DNA of 64,000 nt from Oikopleura dioica (taxonomy: Eukaryota > Animalia > Chordata), in the NCBI GenBank assembly GCA_907165135.1, contig OU015568.1:5828001-5892000 (forward strand). Reading direction: 5' to 3'. Below are positions 1-13,958 of this stretch, piece after piece. Made by a program: the position numbers and the translations under genes. Positions within the stretch are counted from its first letter, which is position 1. Each line of letters begins with the position of its first letter. The notes beneath the pieces were generated by a model. That model saw only the letters and a program-made list of their open reading frames with translations. It did no database searches and was not told where the DNA came from.

Positions 1-124
1 GGAAATTGTCAACCAATCAGAAGCCTGGATCGGCAAATCATCAGTCGAGTAGCCGCCCACGCAAAATTTGTCGAATATTTTTTTTTGTCGGTTCGAGACA
101 CCATCCCAAATTTTCGAGCCGAAA

Positions 125-1302
125 TCAATATTTTTTGTCTTTAAAAATTTGAAAAAGCTTTCCTGAATCATAGTCAATATTCGGATTTTCCCACCCAACA
201 ACGACATTCGCTCTTTCCAAATCCGAAATGCTCTCTTCAACAATTTTCAAATTCGCCGGCTTTGGAGGCAACGACGTGACTTTGAAATTCAGCGGCGGGG
301 ACCAGGCTTCGTTGGTCGGATTTTCGCAATCGTCGCAGGCAACTGATTGGATTTTGTAATCCATTGAGACGCCTTTGCCGATGGTGAGTTGAATGCCTGT
401 TTCGGTGGTGAAGTAACGCTCATTTTTGTCTCGAGCATTGGTGATGACGTATTGGTCTGGGTCGCCTTGGTCGCCGACGTAGCTTTTGAAGGGTTCAAAT
501 ATTTTGCCGATCAAACAGGGCGACATGAGGTATCGGCAACCTTTAAAAATACCTGCGTCAGGGCTTAAAAATATTGAATAAAAAGACGCTTAGCGGCTTT
601 TTTAAAAACGAAGCCGCGAAGCGGCTTCGCAAAATTATTTCTCTGATTAATTTCGAAATTCAGGCGAAGCCGCTTCGCGGCTTCGTTTTCAAAAAAGCCG
701 CTACGCGGCTTTTTACAAATGAAACCCTGACTCAGGTTTGCTACACCGGTGTCCGATACCGGGTTTTCCCAGCAAAGAATCTTTGAACCCTGGCTTGGAG
801 GTTGCCATTCGATCCAAACTGTCGAGGAAAATCTTCCAACTGTAACGACCTTTTCGACTGCTCTAGGACTAGTCCACGCGGTGAAAATGCTCTCTTCGCC
901 TTCATCTGTTTTCGAAACCGGCGTTACGGAAATTTCGTATTTTGTGTGAGGCTTGAGCTTGTCCACGGCCATCGATGGTCGGTCGTTTTTTATTTTGAGC
1001 TTGGAGCGACCGGCTTTTCTGCCAGTATCGCTGTCGGTGATCGTGACTTTCCAGTCGGAAACGGAATCGGATCCGATCGTGTCCCAGTTGAAAAAGAGAC
1101 GGGTTCCTCGAGTCATGAAAATGTTGAAATTTGTGATGGATGCATCAAGTAATGCATCGGAACCGACTAAATAGCAAATTTTGAGCCAATATTTTTCAGA
1201 AATTCTAGCAAAAAGAGCTCGAGATTGTCGATTTCTCGAAAAAAATCTCTTTCGCACTGATTTTTTACCTGAAAAAACTGACAAAATAGAAGACAGCTTC
1301 AT
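125..1302 (-). CDS. Fibronectin type III repeat protein, partial (continues past the left edge; 5' end not resolved)
   Basis: The ORFs 565-1302 and 125-526 join in frame through a GT-AG intron at 541-746. They carry FN3-like signatures (W..., LKPHTKYEISV, PPKPANLKI..V.W). Confidence 0.65.
529..760. mobile_element. Palindromic MITE (CCTGACTCAGG / AAGCCGC-GCGGCTT family) forming the FN3-gene intron
   Basis: Inverted ends GGTATCGGCAACC / GGTGTCCGATACC, with internal hairpins AAGCCGCGAAGCGGCTT. Confidence 0.75.
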
Positions 1303-1872
1303 TTTCTCTGATTTTTCTTTTGAAAATAAAAAAATTTATAAAAGGCGAATTGATAAGAAAGGTCAGCAGCGTAGTGTGAAAGGCTACTGGGGCTAGAAAT
1401 GGGACCGATACGGAGCGCAGCGGCTCCTGAGCGCTGCTTAGTAGAAACATCAACGTGGTCACAACACACAACCGAGCAAATCCGGGGGTCCCGATCCCCT
1501 AATGTCTATTTTTCCTTGATACAGCTGAAAACTCACTTCTGATTGATATTTTTTCGTCATTGTATATTTCAATCTTTACTAAAGACGAAAAATTTTAAGT
1601 AAATTTTGCTCATTGAAATCCTTATTTATTTTAAATAAAAAATTCATCAATAAGAACCTTGATAAAAATAAGGGTGTCGAAATCTTATCTTGTTCAAAAT
1701 TCCAGATTCCCATGATCCGACCGCCGCGTCAAAAACTACATTGAATGTTTGAAGTGTTCTTTTTTACTCAGAGTTCGCTTGAAATTTGCCGAGTCTTAAA
1801 ACTGAAATTGTTTTTCCACTAATTCCATTTTTTCGTCATGACAAAAAATTTTCCAGTGATGAATTGAAAGAA

Positions 1873-4735
1873 ATGATTTTTCTGAAATTTTTTCTCTTGA
1901 ATATAGCTGTTGGGGAATTACAGTCAGAGAATTTTAGTAGGAGAAGAGTAAGAAGACAAGAACTGCCAGAAGAACCGGATAAAGAAGATGTAACTACTGA
2001 TTTTACGGAAATTACGCCGTGGACAGATAACTCGACTGATTTTTCTTTTTCGACGGATGCTGAAACATCGACGGAAAATGCAACTTATATTACAGAAACT
2101 CTTGAAACAACAGAAACATCAACCGAAAACTCGACTTTTGACTATGAAAGTGCGGGAACGGAAGTTTTCTTCACAGGGTCGACAGATTTTCTACCAACAA
2201 CGGAGTCGTTAACAGATTCATCGACAGTAATGAGTTTTGCGACGGAGAATTCTTCTTTTGAGCCTGAAACGACTGATATTTTGGAAACAACGGAAGAAAC
2301 TTTGTTAGAAAACACGACTGAAGTGTATTTTTCTGAAATTTCTTCAGAAGTTTCGACAATATCGAATGCTTATTTAACCGAAGAAACCTCTTTAGAGCCC
2401 GCAACAAGCGATTCTACCGATATTCTTAAGACAACAGAAGTAAGTAGCTCCGAAAACTCGACTGAAGAATCTTCAACGACTGATTTTCTGACTTCCTTCG
2501 CACCAGAAACTTTCACTGCTGTGGAAGAAACTGGCGCAACAACTGATTTTCAAAGCTCATCAGAATCACTCACAACCAGTGGCTATTCGTTTACTGATGA
2601 AATTTCTTCGACCGAATTCAATACTGAAGAAACCACGGAGACTTTCTTTTCTGCAACTACAGAAGAACCAATAACAAAAAACCAAACGGAAGATAATACT
2701 GTGACTTACCCTTATTCGACGGTAAGCTCAACTGAGATTCCAAGAACTGATCTTTCAACAGAATCGATGATAACCACTTCAAACTCAACAGAAACCATCG
2801 AATCAACCGAGGCGTTCAACTCATTAGACCCAACTTTTTGGCCAACTGAGGCCTCAACCAGTGATTTGACCTCAATCACTGCTGAATATCCAACTGCTTC
2901 TCAATCTGGAGCATATTCAACTTCAGACAGTTCCATCACAACCACTGTTCTCACTACAAAAGCTCTAACTGAGACATCAGAACCACCCTCGTCTCAATCG
3001 ACTGATGGTCCTTTCTCCACAGAAGGCCCGATAACCACTACTTTTCAAACAACAGAGGCGACAACTCAAGATCATTCTACATTGAATTGGACGTCTGAAG
3101 CTCAGACTCAAGCAACAGCTGCAGCATCCGAGCTATCTACTTTGTTCTCGCAAACAACAGCTTTAGATACTTCAACAGAAGATTCGACAGATAAAACAAC
3201 TAGCTATGAAGACACTACCGCAATTTATACAGGAACAGAAGAACTTTCAACTGAGACACAATCTTTTGCTACCTTCACAACCGATCATTATTTTACTACT
3301 GGAACAATTGGCCTTTCAACTGATTCGATGACTACTTCTCTTGCTCAAACAGATTTGACAAGCGTTACATCAGACTACGAGACTTCATCAGAAGTCCCGA
3401 TTTCCTCTTTAACGTCCATCGAAATGCTAACTACGAATGCTTCTGAATCAACAACAGAAATTATCGAACAGACGACGATTTATTCTTCAGTATCAACTGA
3501 GTTCACAACCGAGTCGTCTTCAACTGCCTCCTCGTTCACAACTCAGGAAGTCATCTCAACGACTCAAGCTGAAACACTCCCTTCAACTGGGCAAACAACT
3601 GATTCAGCAACAATGACGACTGATCGATTATTAACGAGTTCTCAACTTACAACCTCTCTTCCTCAAGTCTCAACGACAGTGATGACAACGATGACAACAA
3701 TAACCGATCAAGTTTTAACTACTTTAGAGACAATAACAGAAGGTACGACATCAACAACATCTTCAACTACTTCGACAACATCAACAACGTCCACAACAAC
3801 GTCGTCAACGACGTCAACAACAACTTCAACCACCTGGACAACATCAACCACAACAACATCAACAACGACTTCAACAACGACTACCACAACATCAACAACT
3901 TCGACGACAACGTCAACAACAACAACAACGACAACAACGACTACAACGACAACTTTACCCCCTCCCGTCTCCTACACTGTCGAAGATCAAATCAGCCTTC
4001 AAAGCACAGCATGGAATGAGGATTATTCCGATTTGACTAACCCGAGCTCCAAAAAGTTGGCAGAGGACATCGAAGCGGATGTAAAAATCATCTTGGAAGC
4101 TGATTCCAGTTCAATTGAAAAAGTTACTGTTTCCGTTCAAAGCCTTGAGCCAGCTCAAAGCCGAGATGGTGGTACTACGGCAAAATTTCAGTAAGTAGCT
4201 CTTGGAGATTTGTTTTTTCATTCGCGTTCTAGAGTAACAGGAGAAATGAGAGGATCGGATGATGAATTTATTGCTGCTTACAACTACAGGTTCGAAAACG
4301 CGAACGTTTTTCCGCTAAAAGTCATCGAACGAGGTAGAAAAAATCAAAATGACAGATGTTGAATATATTTCTAGCTGACCTAGCCAACAAGCAACCAATA
4401 TCTAGCGACAATTTTGTCGTTGATGAAAACAGTAAGTCATTTTTAATCTCAAAATGATTATCTAAATCGCATTCAAGCGTTAATGATCATAATCATCGCC
4501 GTCTCAATCGCAGCATTTATTCTCATCGTTGTCATCGTCACGTCGGTTTGCTGCTATTGCCGGGTAATCAAACTGCATGACTCAAATTTTAACCCCTTTG
4601 AAGCACAAAAGAAAGAAGGATGATATGAAAAACGACCGTCTTTCAACACTAGACCGAGGTCCCATTGAAGATGGTTTCTTTTATAGAATCGAGAATGGAA
4701 TCAGAATATCTACTCCGACCGAAAGGCTAATTTAA
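1873..4735 (+). CDS. Membrane-tethered mucin-like protein: signal peptide, RRRVRR site, long S/T/E-rich region, poly-Thr stretch, SEA-like domain, TM helix and short tail
   Basis: ATG at 1873 is followed by a hydrophobic leader and a ~770-codon S/T-rich exon. A SEA-like segment (WNEDYSDLTNPSSKKLAEDIE) follows, then short GT-AG introns, a TM segment (~4478-4563) and a stop at 4733-4735. Confidence 0.8.
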
Positions 4736-6113
4736 TACTTTGTCGCTGTAAATTCTGCTGCGTTTTTAGACAAATCGATGAATAAAATATAAAAGATCAA
4801 AGCTCATGTACGGAAATACAGTTGACATGAGTTTTGGTCATCTTCCAAAAACCAAGAATTCGTCCGCTCAACAGGTGCAATCTTGCATATTTTAAATATC
4901 AAATTTAATTCTTCCGCATGAACCTCATCTCATAAAATAACCATCCAACATCAAAAAGGGCTCATTTTCGCTCATCCCTTCTTTCATCTTTTCTTGTTTT
5001 GAAAATGCTTCTTCCAAAAAAATTGTTCTTTTTTGCGACTTTCGCGATTCAAAACTTTCACAGATTTGCGCCAAGACTTGGTTATCATCTCATTAATGGC
5101 CACATGAGAGGAGGATTTCACCAGATGAATGTTTTCAAACGAAACTTCTTCGAGAAGTAATATTATTGAGAAATAATAAATTTTCATTATGTTCAACCTT
5201 TATTTTTCTGTTTGCGATCTGAGATTTCAAAGAGCATATTGAACATAAACATTCATTATTAAAATCATGTAAGGAAGCAGGGTGACTAAAATATAGAATT
5301 CTTCATGGAAACAAAACTGCATCCTTAAAATAGGGCTAATCTTCATGTCTATAACAAACATAACAAAGTCTGAGCTCGACAACATGTATGGTCCATCCAG
5401 TATGGTAAATCTGTGTCAGACTTCAAAACTAGGAAAATGAAAAGCCGAGGAGCGGCTTTTTCAATAACGAAGCCGCAAAGCGGTTTCGTCAGTTATAGAA
5501 ATTTTTAACTTTGGCGTCGCCGCTTTCCGTTCTTCTCTTTTTGAATCATGAGTCAGATTTTTTCTACAGGTTGGCGAGCTTCGCCGATATTTGAGAGTAG
5601 CCCGTAACAAAATGTCATAATAAAATACGCATAATGATGAAGATGAGGGAGCAGCTTCAAACCCATTTGATTCCTTGCTTCTCTCTGATATTAGTATTGT
5701 CAGATCAGGTGTCGCCAAAATAAAGTTTCGCACCTCTCACGCTTTTTTCTGCCGCTATCTTATTTAGCAAAGGAAATACTCTTGATTTATTCGGGGAAAT
5801 TTTTTCACCCTTGAGTCTTTTTGTTTTATTTTTGGAAATCTCGGACTAGGCCCCGCCGCCGCCATGTTTGCCAACAACAAAAGACGCGATTAACTCGCCA
5901 CTCATTATGAAATTTTTATGGTCGACGATGATCGTATTTCGGAGGTCAATAAAAATGAACGGTTGTGATGAACTTGAAAAATATTTAACAAAGTAAGAAT
6001 GACGATTTTTCGTTAAAAAATTTGCAGTAGACATTTATTGCTAAGTAAATGCAGTGATACCCTTATTTAATCGTAAAATCTAAAAGATGAGACCCTTCGT
6101 CAACGTCCTTTAA

Positions 6114-6911
6114 CCCGTTAACAGGCGCGAGGCCCTCTGAGGGCCTTTTGGCCTTTGGAGCGCGATAAAATGGTCTAGGCTCTTTTTTTACGAAAAAATT
6201 TTTTATTTCTGAGATATTCAATCGATTCTCTATCCATGTATAGGCTTTCCGCGCAAAAAATAGCTAAAACAGGGCTAACCCTTATGAATTTCAATGTTAG
6301 ACACATATTCTTGTAGCTCGTGAGATGCTTATTCCGAAGCACGAATAAAAACTTTCTCCGCAATGGAAAATTCTAGAGATAATCTCGATTAACCGGATTT
6401 CCGGTGTACTTTCAACGGTACCTAACTCTAAAATTTTCCATTGCGGAGAAAGTTTTTATTCGTGATTCTGAATAAGCATCTCAAGAGCTACAAGAATATG
6501 TGTCAAACATTGAAACTCATAAGGGGTTGGCCCAGTTATTAGTTTTGCGAGGAAAGCCTATCCATGTATTTGATTCCGGAAAGAATTGGCCTGAAATTAA
6601 AAAAATGAGAGTCGAAAGAAAAATTTCGATCGGCGGGAAAAAGGGAAAGCGTAATACAATGCGCTCGCGCTTTCCCTTTCTTTGAATCTCAGCGCCGAAA
6701 ATGACGTAATTTTGACCTCAAATTTAACCCACTAAACGAGCGTGAAAATGACTAAAACAACATCTAGAGAAAGATTAGACGCTTGTGAATCATCTGGTCC
6801 TCTTAGAAATGAATTTCTTAAACCAATTCACTCAGAAAAAGCCAAAATGTGCGAGGCCTTCTCACGGCCTCGCGCCCGTTAACCCCTAATATTCAGTGCC
6901 CAGTTAACGGG
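6114..6911. mobile_element. Non-autonomous piggyBac-like element
   Basis: TTAA on both sides (6110-6113, 6912-6915), ends CCCGTTAAC...GTTAACGGG, a nested internal palindrome at ~6340-6475, and no transposase ORF. Confidence 0.75.
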
Positions 6912-7049
6912 TTAAGTATCACAAATCGAAAAAATCAGGAAGTTCCATGAAATTTGCTCAAAAATATCCTGTTTTTCGAAAATATCGGAGATTTTTATCA
7001 CCCCTCTTGCTTCTGGTTCAACGAATCTGCGATTAAAAAGGCTGAAAAA

Positions 7050-9423
7050 ATGAAGCTTTCAACTTGTTTTCTCTCCACTTTTTGCTCTGCTGCTGTTTTC
7101 GACAAGCAGCCGGAAGGAGATTGGGAGGTTCAGATCGGAGAGAATCAGCATTTATGGACGGAAGAGTTGATCGAAGAGAACTGGGAAATCGAGTTTGATA
7201 TTTTGAACTATGAAGACGGGGAGAGCTCGACCTACACTGGCTTGTTATTTCTCAGGACTTGATTTAATGCGTTTTTGTACGATTCTAGAGCTGTATTTTA
7301 GCAAGTAGTGAAATCAAAGTAGCGAGACAAATAATGCCTGGGATCGCGTTTTCTCGGTCTTTCAAAAAGGCTTTACAAATGTCCTCCATTTCTCCTGGAA
7401 TTTCGAGTCGAGCAGCAAAAATCTTGTCTGCGAGTTCCCGATGAATCTTGGCGAATGGAACGCTATCAAAGTTACCAACACTCCCATCGGGCAATACACG
7501 ATCGCCGGCGTCACCGAATCCCAGATTGAAATTTCTCTCAACGGCGTTGTCCAACCCGACTGCTCGAAGAAGCAAACTTATCACGCCAAATACGGCGATG
7601 TCGCTGTAATGGCAGCTCATTGGAACTGGCAAGCACCGTCCAACGCGCATCTCAAAAACTTGAAAATCAAGTCTTGGGACGCAACTCCTCCGGGAGAGCC
7701 GATTTTTCAAGGGAAAATGGTCAAGACGCTTCAGAATGTGAAGGAATCATGGAGACTGAGCTTTGATTTGTTGAAGACGCAAGAACCAACCGAATACTAT
7801 TCGAATTTTCTGACGTTTTCGAGCAAATGCATGGAGGAGCAAAATCGAGCTGCGAGCTTGTGGCAAGGTGGTAGTACTACTTATTTTTCTGTCAATTGTA
7901 ATGATACTGATCAATCAATCAGGAAGGGCTTCGAAAAAAAAAGATAGACGAAAAATTCGTTTATTACCATATCATCGTTATTTAGGACTAAACCAATTTT
8001 TGGAAGTGAATTTTCGGATTACCAATAAGATTGCTGTATTTGGCCTACCGGCCAATCAAAACCCTTTCCATAAAAATCGGTTCCGAAAATTGATTCCGCC
8101 CGTTATTGAGTCCCCATACAGTACTAATGCCTGCAGCGATATCGCCGGGGTAGGCCGGGATATCCCCTTAATGACCTGGCAAAACGTCGTCTTTGAACAA
8201 ACAAAAATCCAAAACACGGACGCCTACCGACTTCTCATCAGCTACAACGGCGAGCAAATCGTCGACCGTGTCAACACCGCTTTCGCGCCTTTCACAAACG
8301 GAGGCATTTCGGTAAGCAAGCAGTGGGCAACTGCAGCAAGTGGATTCATCGACAACATTGACTTCCAAACTTGGGCGTTGGAGAACGAATGCGCGATGGG
8401 AACGGCGAAGTGTGATGCGAACGCGATTTGCACTGATTTGGAGAAGTTTTATGAATGCACCTGCGCGGATGGCTTCGTTGGGGATGGATTTACTTGCGAA
8501 GCGGGTAAGAAAGCCTTTCAATGAAATGAAATATCAGAACAAGTTCAAGAGAAATCTTGAAAGCGCAGAAAATCTGACAGCTTTTCAGTAATAGCAGAAC
8601 TATCTTAAGAATATACCTTTTCAATGTAGAGAAAAGATCATCTTCAGCGACATCAACAGCGACTTCAACAACGACCACCACAACATCAGCTCCCTCGACG
8701 ACAACTTCAACACCCACAACAACGACGACAACTGATCCGTGCGAGTGTAACCGAGTCGTACCAAACATGCTGACTGAGAAGGCCCTCTGGAAATGGAAAA
8801 TGATGAAGCCATATTTCACGGTAACTTGCTTGTAGTAAATAATGAGGCTAAGAAGATCATTATTCAGACAAACACCGCTTCATCGTTCACCGTTTCTACC
8901 AGTCGTGCAGCCGGACTGAATGACTATCAGGGATACTTGATCTTTTCCCGAAAGACCTGCAAGCAGCTTGTTCTGGACATGTTCCGAGGAGCAAATCCGC
9001 AGCATGCTTTCAGCTTCGAAATCATCGACAAGAGAGCTCCAAAGACCAACCATGCCATGCCAAACTACAAAGCTTTTAACGCGACTTACTATCAGGATTA
9101 TCCAAAGGAGCAGAAAGATCATCGATCCATCACCATGGGATTCAAGTAAAACCCTACCTCCTCGTCTCCTTCATTTCAATTCTAGTGTCCACAAAACCCA
9201 GCCAGATATCACCGGAAACCTGAAGAAAGACGCGTACGTTCTCCAACTCAACTACCCCAACGGCCTGCCCAATACGGTCACCTGGAACGATCTCTACAAC
9301 TGTGTCAATTATGCTCGACCAGTAACCATTCCAATGGGCCAAAATGAAATCGCCCAGTTCGGTGTTGATCCCACTTGCGACTACACAGCTTGTGTTGGCA
9401 AAAATATCATGGTTGGCTTCTGA
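7050..9423 (+). CDS. Secreted multidomain extracellular protein with a calcium-binding-type EGF module and a Thr-rich linker
   Basis: Signal-like MKLSTCFLSTFCSAAVF and the EGF motif NECAMGTAKCDANAICTDLEKFYECTCADGFVGDGFTC. ORF pieces are joined by short GT-AG introns; the exact exon set is not fully resolved. Confidence 0.7.
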
Positions 9424-9719
9424 AAGGAAAAGAACTACCATAAGCTCTGCAGAAATGCCGATTCGATACTTCTCCCTTACATGTGTTTCATCCTTATTTG
9501 TCGAATAAAAATCCAAAAAACGCAGGAAATCTTGCGCTATTTTCAATTATCAGAATAACACTGTCTTAGTTTCCATAGAATATACTGAATAGAAAACCAG
9601 TTACAAGACTAATAGAAAGGCGAAATATTGAAGATGGCGAGAAATTCGACGGGCAGGAAGAGAAGAAATTCTAGAGCAAGATCGAATTTGTTCAGAAGAT
9701 TATAAAACTACCTGGAAGA

Positions 9720-10385
9720 TCAACTTGTGTTCCTTCCATGCTGTTTCTGTTTGTTATTCCGTATCGTTTCGTCCTTTGCCGCGATCGTTTCTCTCACCGC
9801 TGCTACAAAATCCTCATCAGTCATCTTATTTCCCCAGTCTGGAAGAGCCAGAGAAGGGAGTTTGATCTTTGACATGACGTTTTTCACTGCATCGACGTCG
9901 ACTTTCTCTGATGGATCTTTCGATCGAAGGGAGGATTCGTTTTCGCTGTTTTCTTCGTTTTCAGAGTCGGAGGAATTCTCACCGTTATTTGGATCTATAT
10001 ATAACATTGAGTATAGTCGGACTTTTCTTATTCCAAAAGATTCATTTTATGATTGCTAAAAGTCAATTGAAAATATGGAGCAGTGAAAGGTAAGTGATTT
10101 TCATTTGAATAAGAATGAGAAAACGAGAGATTATGCCCCTTTTTATGCCAAATTTCGAGCACCTGCTTAGGCAGGGTGCTTCGATTCTTATCTTATCAAT
10201 CGAACCAAAATCAAAAAAGTAAAGGTACCTGATGGCAGAAGCGCATAACCATCTGGCGCTTGAATCTCGTCATCTGAGTCTTCTGAATCGTCGTCCGAAA
10301 AATCGTCGTTTTCTTGCTCAAAAATCAAGTCTGGAGGCGTCAGTGGTCGTCTATTCGTTTCTTCTGGGTTATTTGCAAGTCCCAT
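9720..10385 (-). CDS. MEA1: Male-enhanced antigen 1-like acidic protein
   Basis: The acidic N-terminus contains GYALL. The C-terminal VDAVKNVMSKIKLPSLALPDWGNKMTDEDF resembles the conserved MEA1 C-terminal motif (recognised from memory, no search run). Confidence 0.6.
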
Positions 10386-10460
10386 TTTTTGATATTTCTT
10401 CAATTGGATTGATTGAGAATTGTATTTCGTAATTTTGAAGGTTTTATTGTGATTTTGCCT

Positions 10461-10615
10461 CCACCACGTGTGTAGAAAACCTGAGACAGGGTCTACAAGG
10501 TCTTCTATAAAAAGCCGCATACAAAGCGGCTTCGCAAGATAACCTTTTACCATCAATTTTCGAATAGAACCGAAACCTGACCCTGACTCAGGTTTTCAAG
10601 ACAGGTTGCGGAGCC
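10461..10615. mobile_element. CCTGACTCAGG-family MITE copy
   Basis: GTGTAGAAAACCTGAGACAGGG ... CCCTGACTCAGGTTTTCAAGACAGG inverted arms. Confidence 0.65.
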
Positions 10616-10735
10616 AAATCTGTGATAAAATAATATTTTTTGACTAAAAGAAGTAGCGTAAATTCAACAAAGAAGAAAAATGAAGGTGTAAAAAGGTAAA
10701 ATAGGGATAGAAAAACAGTGATCGAATAATTAGTT

Positions 10736-12356
10736 CTATCGTTTTGGACCATTGAAGAATTGCTCTGAGAACATTCTTCGAATTTGCTCCAAATAAAATT
10801 GTTGCGTGAGTAGGATTTGATTCGGATTGACTCCGTTTGATAAGTTCTGGTGTTGGGGAAGTTGTGATAAGAAGGGAGGATGGAAACGGTTCGATCCAGA
10901 CACTGATTGAAATGATGAAGAATTCGGTTGTGAAGAAAAGTGGCCTACTTGAGGTGAAATCGACTGTAGCTGCGGAAAAGGGTTGAAAGGAACGCGATTC
11001 TGATAAGCTAGATTTTGATAAGAAGAAAAGTGAGGATAAGACAGAAGATTGAGCGATTCTAGCGCTGATTCCGCGGCATTTTGATTCCTTCTTGCTTCAA
11101 ATTCTTCTCTCGCGATGCCAGAGGGATGGTTTTGTGCAATTTGCGATGAGGGGGCGAAAGGTGGAAGCCTTCGAATCGCTGCGGCGCCCGGAGATTGCGA
11201 GCTGGGCGGAGTTTTCTTGGGGGAGTCTCGGGGCTTTGCGGGACGACGCTGCTGGGAGCTGTTGATTCGCTCGGCAAGGGCTGAGTTGGTCTGGAGAAAG
11301 TTTGAAAGCAAGCGTTGAAAATAAAAAAAAAAGAAAAATCGCGATTTGAAATCCGAAAAGCTTTGATCCTTTCCAAACCTTCCTGATTCAACAAATCAAT
11401 CTCGTTCTTTCGAAACTCTTCTCCAAGCCGTCGAAGTCGAGGATCAGCGGAAACGAAACAATCTCGATTCGGGTAGTGCCCTTCCCTAGAATGGTCGATT
11501 ATGATCGGGCGAAAAGGCGGAGTTCCTTCTGAGATGGGCCGGTCTAGAATTCCGACTCAGAAAGTGCTCCGCTCAGTCGCCCCTTCATTTTTAGGAAATT
11601 TTCTCTGAAAAGAAGCTCTTGATTTCTCAATTCTGTCCCTTTTGAAATTGAAGGAAAATTTTAACGTAAAAATGAAGAGTTCACTTTTCAAGTTCATCTG
11701 TTTCTTTCTATTTGTCTTTTTATTATATAATTTCATTGTAAGCTCGTTTTTGTTTGTTCTAAAAACGCAACTTACCGGAGATGTTGCTGCATGAGATTGC
11801 CGTCCTTGCACTTGAAATCGCACATTTGGCAGAGGTGAAATCCTCGCTTATCTTTTCGTGAAAGCGTCGGAGTGGCGAGTTGATCGTCGTCGGCAACTTC
11901 GAAACATTCTTTTTTGTCCGCGTGTTGTTTCATTTTGAAAGCGCTCGGGAAGGGAAACTAAAAGAAAGGAGCGAAATTTCGGGAAGTTCGGGAAAATGAA
12001 GATTTTGGGAAATCCTGTGTTTTTTGAAAAGGAAACTTTACCTTGCAAGTTGGGCAATCGTAGCTTTTTCTTTCTATCTTCCGAAACCCGGGCAAATCCG
12101 CTGGCGGATCATGAGAAAGCATCATGTGCTCAATCAAATCCGCGAAAGTTGTGAAAATGACGAAGCTGCACTTTTTGCAAGGAAACGAAACAGGAGCTGT
12201 AGGATCTTCAGGCAAGTCATTCGTCTTTCTCGGGCTCCGACGAAGCTCAATCGTCGTTTTGTCGAGTTTCTCGAGACCGCTCTGGAGGCGCTCGAGGGCC
12301 GATTCGGACGAGAGCGTTCGAGCAGAGTTTTTTTCAGAATCGTAACTATTAATCAA
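10736..12356 (-). CDS. Zinc-finger protein with a low-complexity Q/S/P/N-rich C-terminus (5' end uncertain)
   Basis: A C2H2-like CKKC...HMMLSH motif, a second finger split by an intron (CPTCK|FPFPSAFKMKQHADKKEC), and a terminal exon in ORF 10736-11311. Confidence 0.6.
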
Positions 12357-12708
12357 ATTAACTATTTAAAATTATTTTAAGACCTTTTTTCTAGAAAAAT
12401 TTTACCTCGCTTGGCGCGTTCTCGTCTTTTCTGACGATTCTTTCTCTTCGCTCATGATTTATTTTTGAATAATCGCTTTTCCCTTTTTTCCGAAATAATG
12501 ATTTTCTCTGAAAGGAGAAAAAAATAACATGGATCGGTCCGAAGCGCTGCGCCCAATCGACGCGCTTTCCCACGCATTTTTTAATATGTCTTGCAAAACT
12601 ATCCAAAAAATTAGGGGCCCCTTGCTCATCCTCGACTTGTTGCAGGTGTGCCTTTGTTCGTCTTTTTCTTTCCTGCGTGTGTTGCCTCCTTGCTCCAGCC
12701 AAGGGTCT

Positions 12709-12866
12709 TCGCTCGGCAACCTGTGTAGAAAACCTGAGTCAGGGTCTGAAAGATCATTAATGAAAAGCCGTTTAGCGGCTTTCAAATAAAAAAGCCGCAG
12801 AGAGCGTTTTCATGAATGATTTTTCAGACCCTGACTCAGGTTTTCAACACAGGTTGACGGGCCTAG
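12709..12866. mobile_element. CCTGACTCAGG-family MITE copy
   Basis: TCGGCAACCTGTGTAGAAAACCTGAGTCAGGG ... CCCTGACTCAGGTTTTCAACACAGGTTG. Confidence 0.75.
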
Positions 12867-13839
12867 ACCAAAAGGTGAACAAGGTAACACATGCAGGAAG
12901 TTAGACGATGAACAAAGCTCCTTTTCTTCATTTTGAAAGGAGAATTTTTCTCCGTAATTTCGAAAAAAGCCCGCGTTCGAAATTTGCTCCCGGTAATTTC
13001 CAAAAACTAGACACACGTCTATCGCTTCTTACGCAATATCCATCCTAGAAATCCTTTTCGATTGAAACCACCAAAGGAAGAATGAACGATCAAGGACTAG
13101 AAAGGACCCTTTGAATTCCTAAGAGATTAGGAGCTTTTCAGAGTCAGAAAAGTGATTGATTTGCTGAGGTCTTTCTTTTTTATTGTTCTGGCGTGAACTT
13201 AGCCAGACGTTTTTAGGTCACGTAGCCTGAGTTTTCATTTTTTTTGGGGCGATTGAGGGGGGTTTTGGTCGATTCTGAGGGGCAACAAGGGGTCAGGAGC
13301 GAGAAGGAGAGGAGAAGAAGGGTCAGCGATGACCAGAATTACGAAAGAATGAGATTAAGGGTGTCTGAAAAGTGCCCGCGTCGGCGAACGTGCCTCCCGG
13401 GTACGGCCAAGCACGTGAGAAATGAACTTTCAGCGGCGCTGGTCAAACAGAATAGAAATCCTTCACATAGAGAAGTTCACAGCAGAGAGTCCTACCAGGG
13501 GTGATTGCTCCCCTACCCCGCCAAGTTTCAGAGAAAAAAATCAAAGAAGAAAAAAAGTATCTGCCCCAAATTCACCTTGGTATCAAGAACTGTGAAGAGA
13601 AAATATTAATGAACTTGGTTAAAACTTACAGTGATTGATTCAAGGTTCATTTGTGGCAGGTTTTAAATCGACAGCTGACTGATTTCGATTTTGAACTGAA
13701 ATAGAAGGAGAGAGAACATGTGCCGAAGCGTTCAATCATGACATTTTTTTCCGCCAATAGATTAAATATTTATTTTTTTCGAATTTAAGCTAGGGCTTTT
13801 CAAAACTCTCATTTACTAGATAGAGAATTTGGTCGAAAG

Positions 13840-13958
13840 CTAGGCCGGGAACCTGTGTAGAAAACCTGAGTCAGGGTTACGAAAGAGCCAAAGCGAATTT
13901 TCATTTTCGCTTATTCAGGACCCTGACTCAGGTTTTCCACACAGGTTTCTGAGCCCAG
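13840..13958. mobile_element. CCTGACTCAGG-family MITE copy (short)
   Basis: CTAGGCCGGGAACCTGTGTAGAAAACCTGAGTCAGGG ... CCCTGACTCAGGTTTTCCACACAGGTTTCTGAGCCCAG. Confidence 0.75.
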
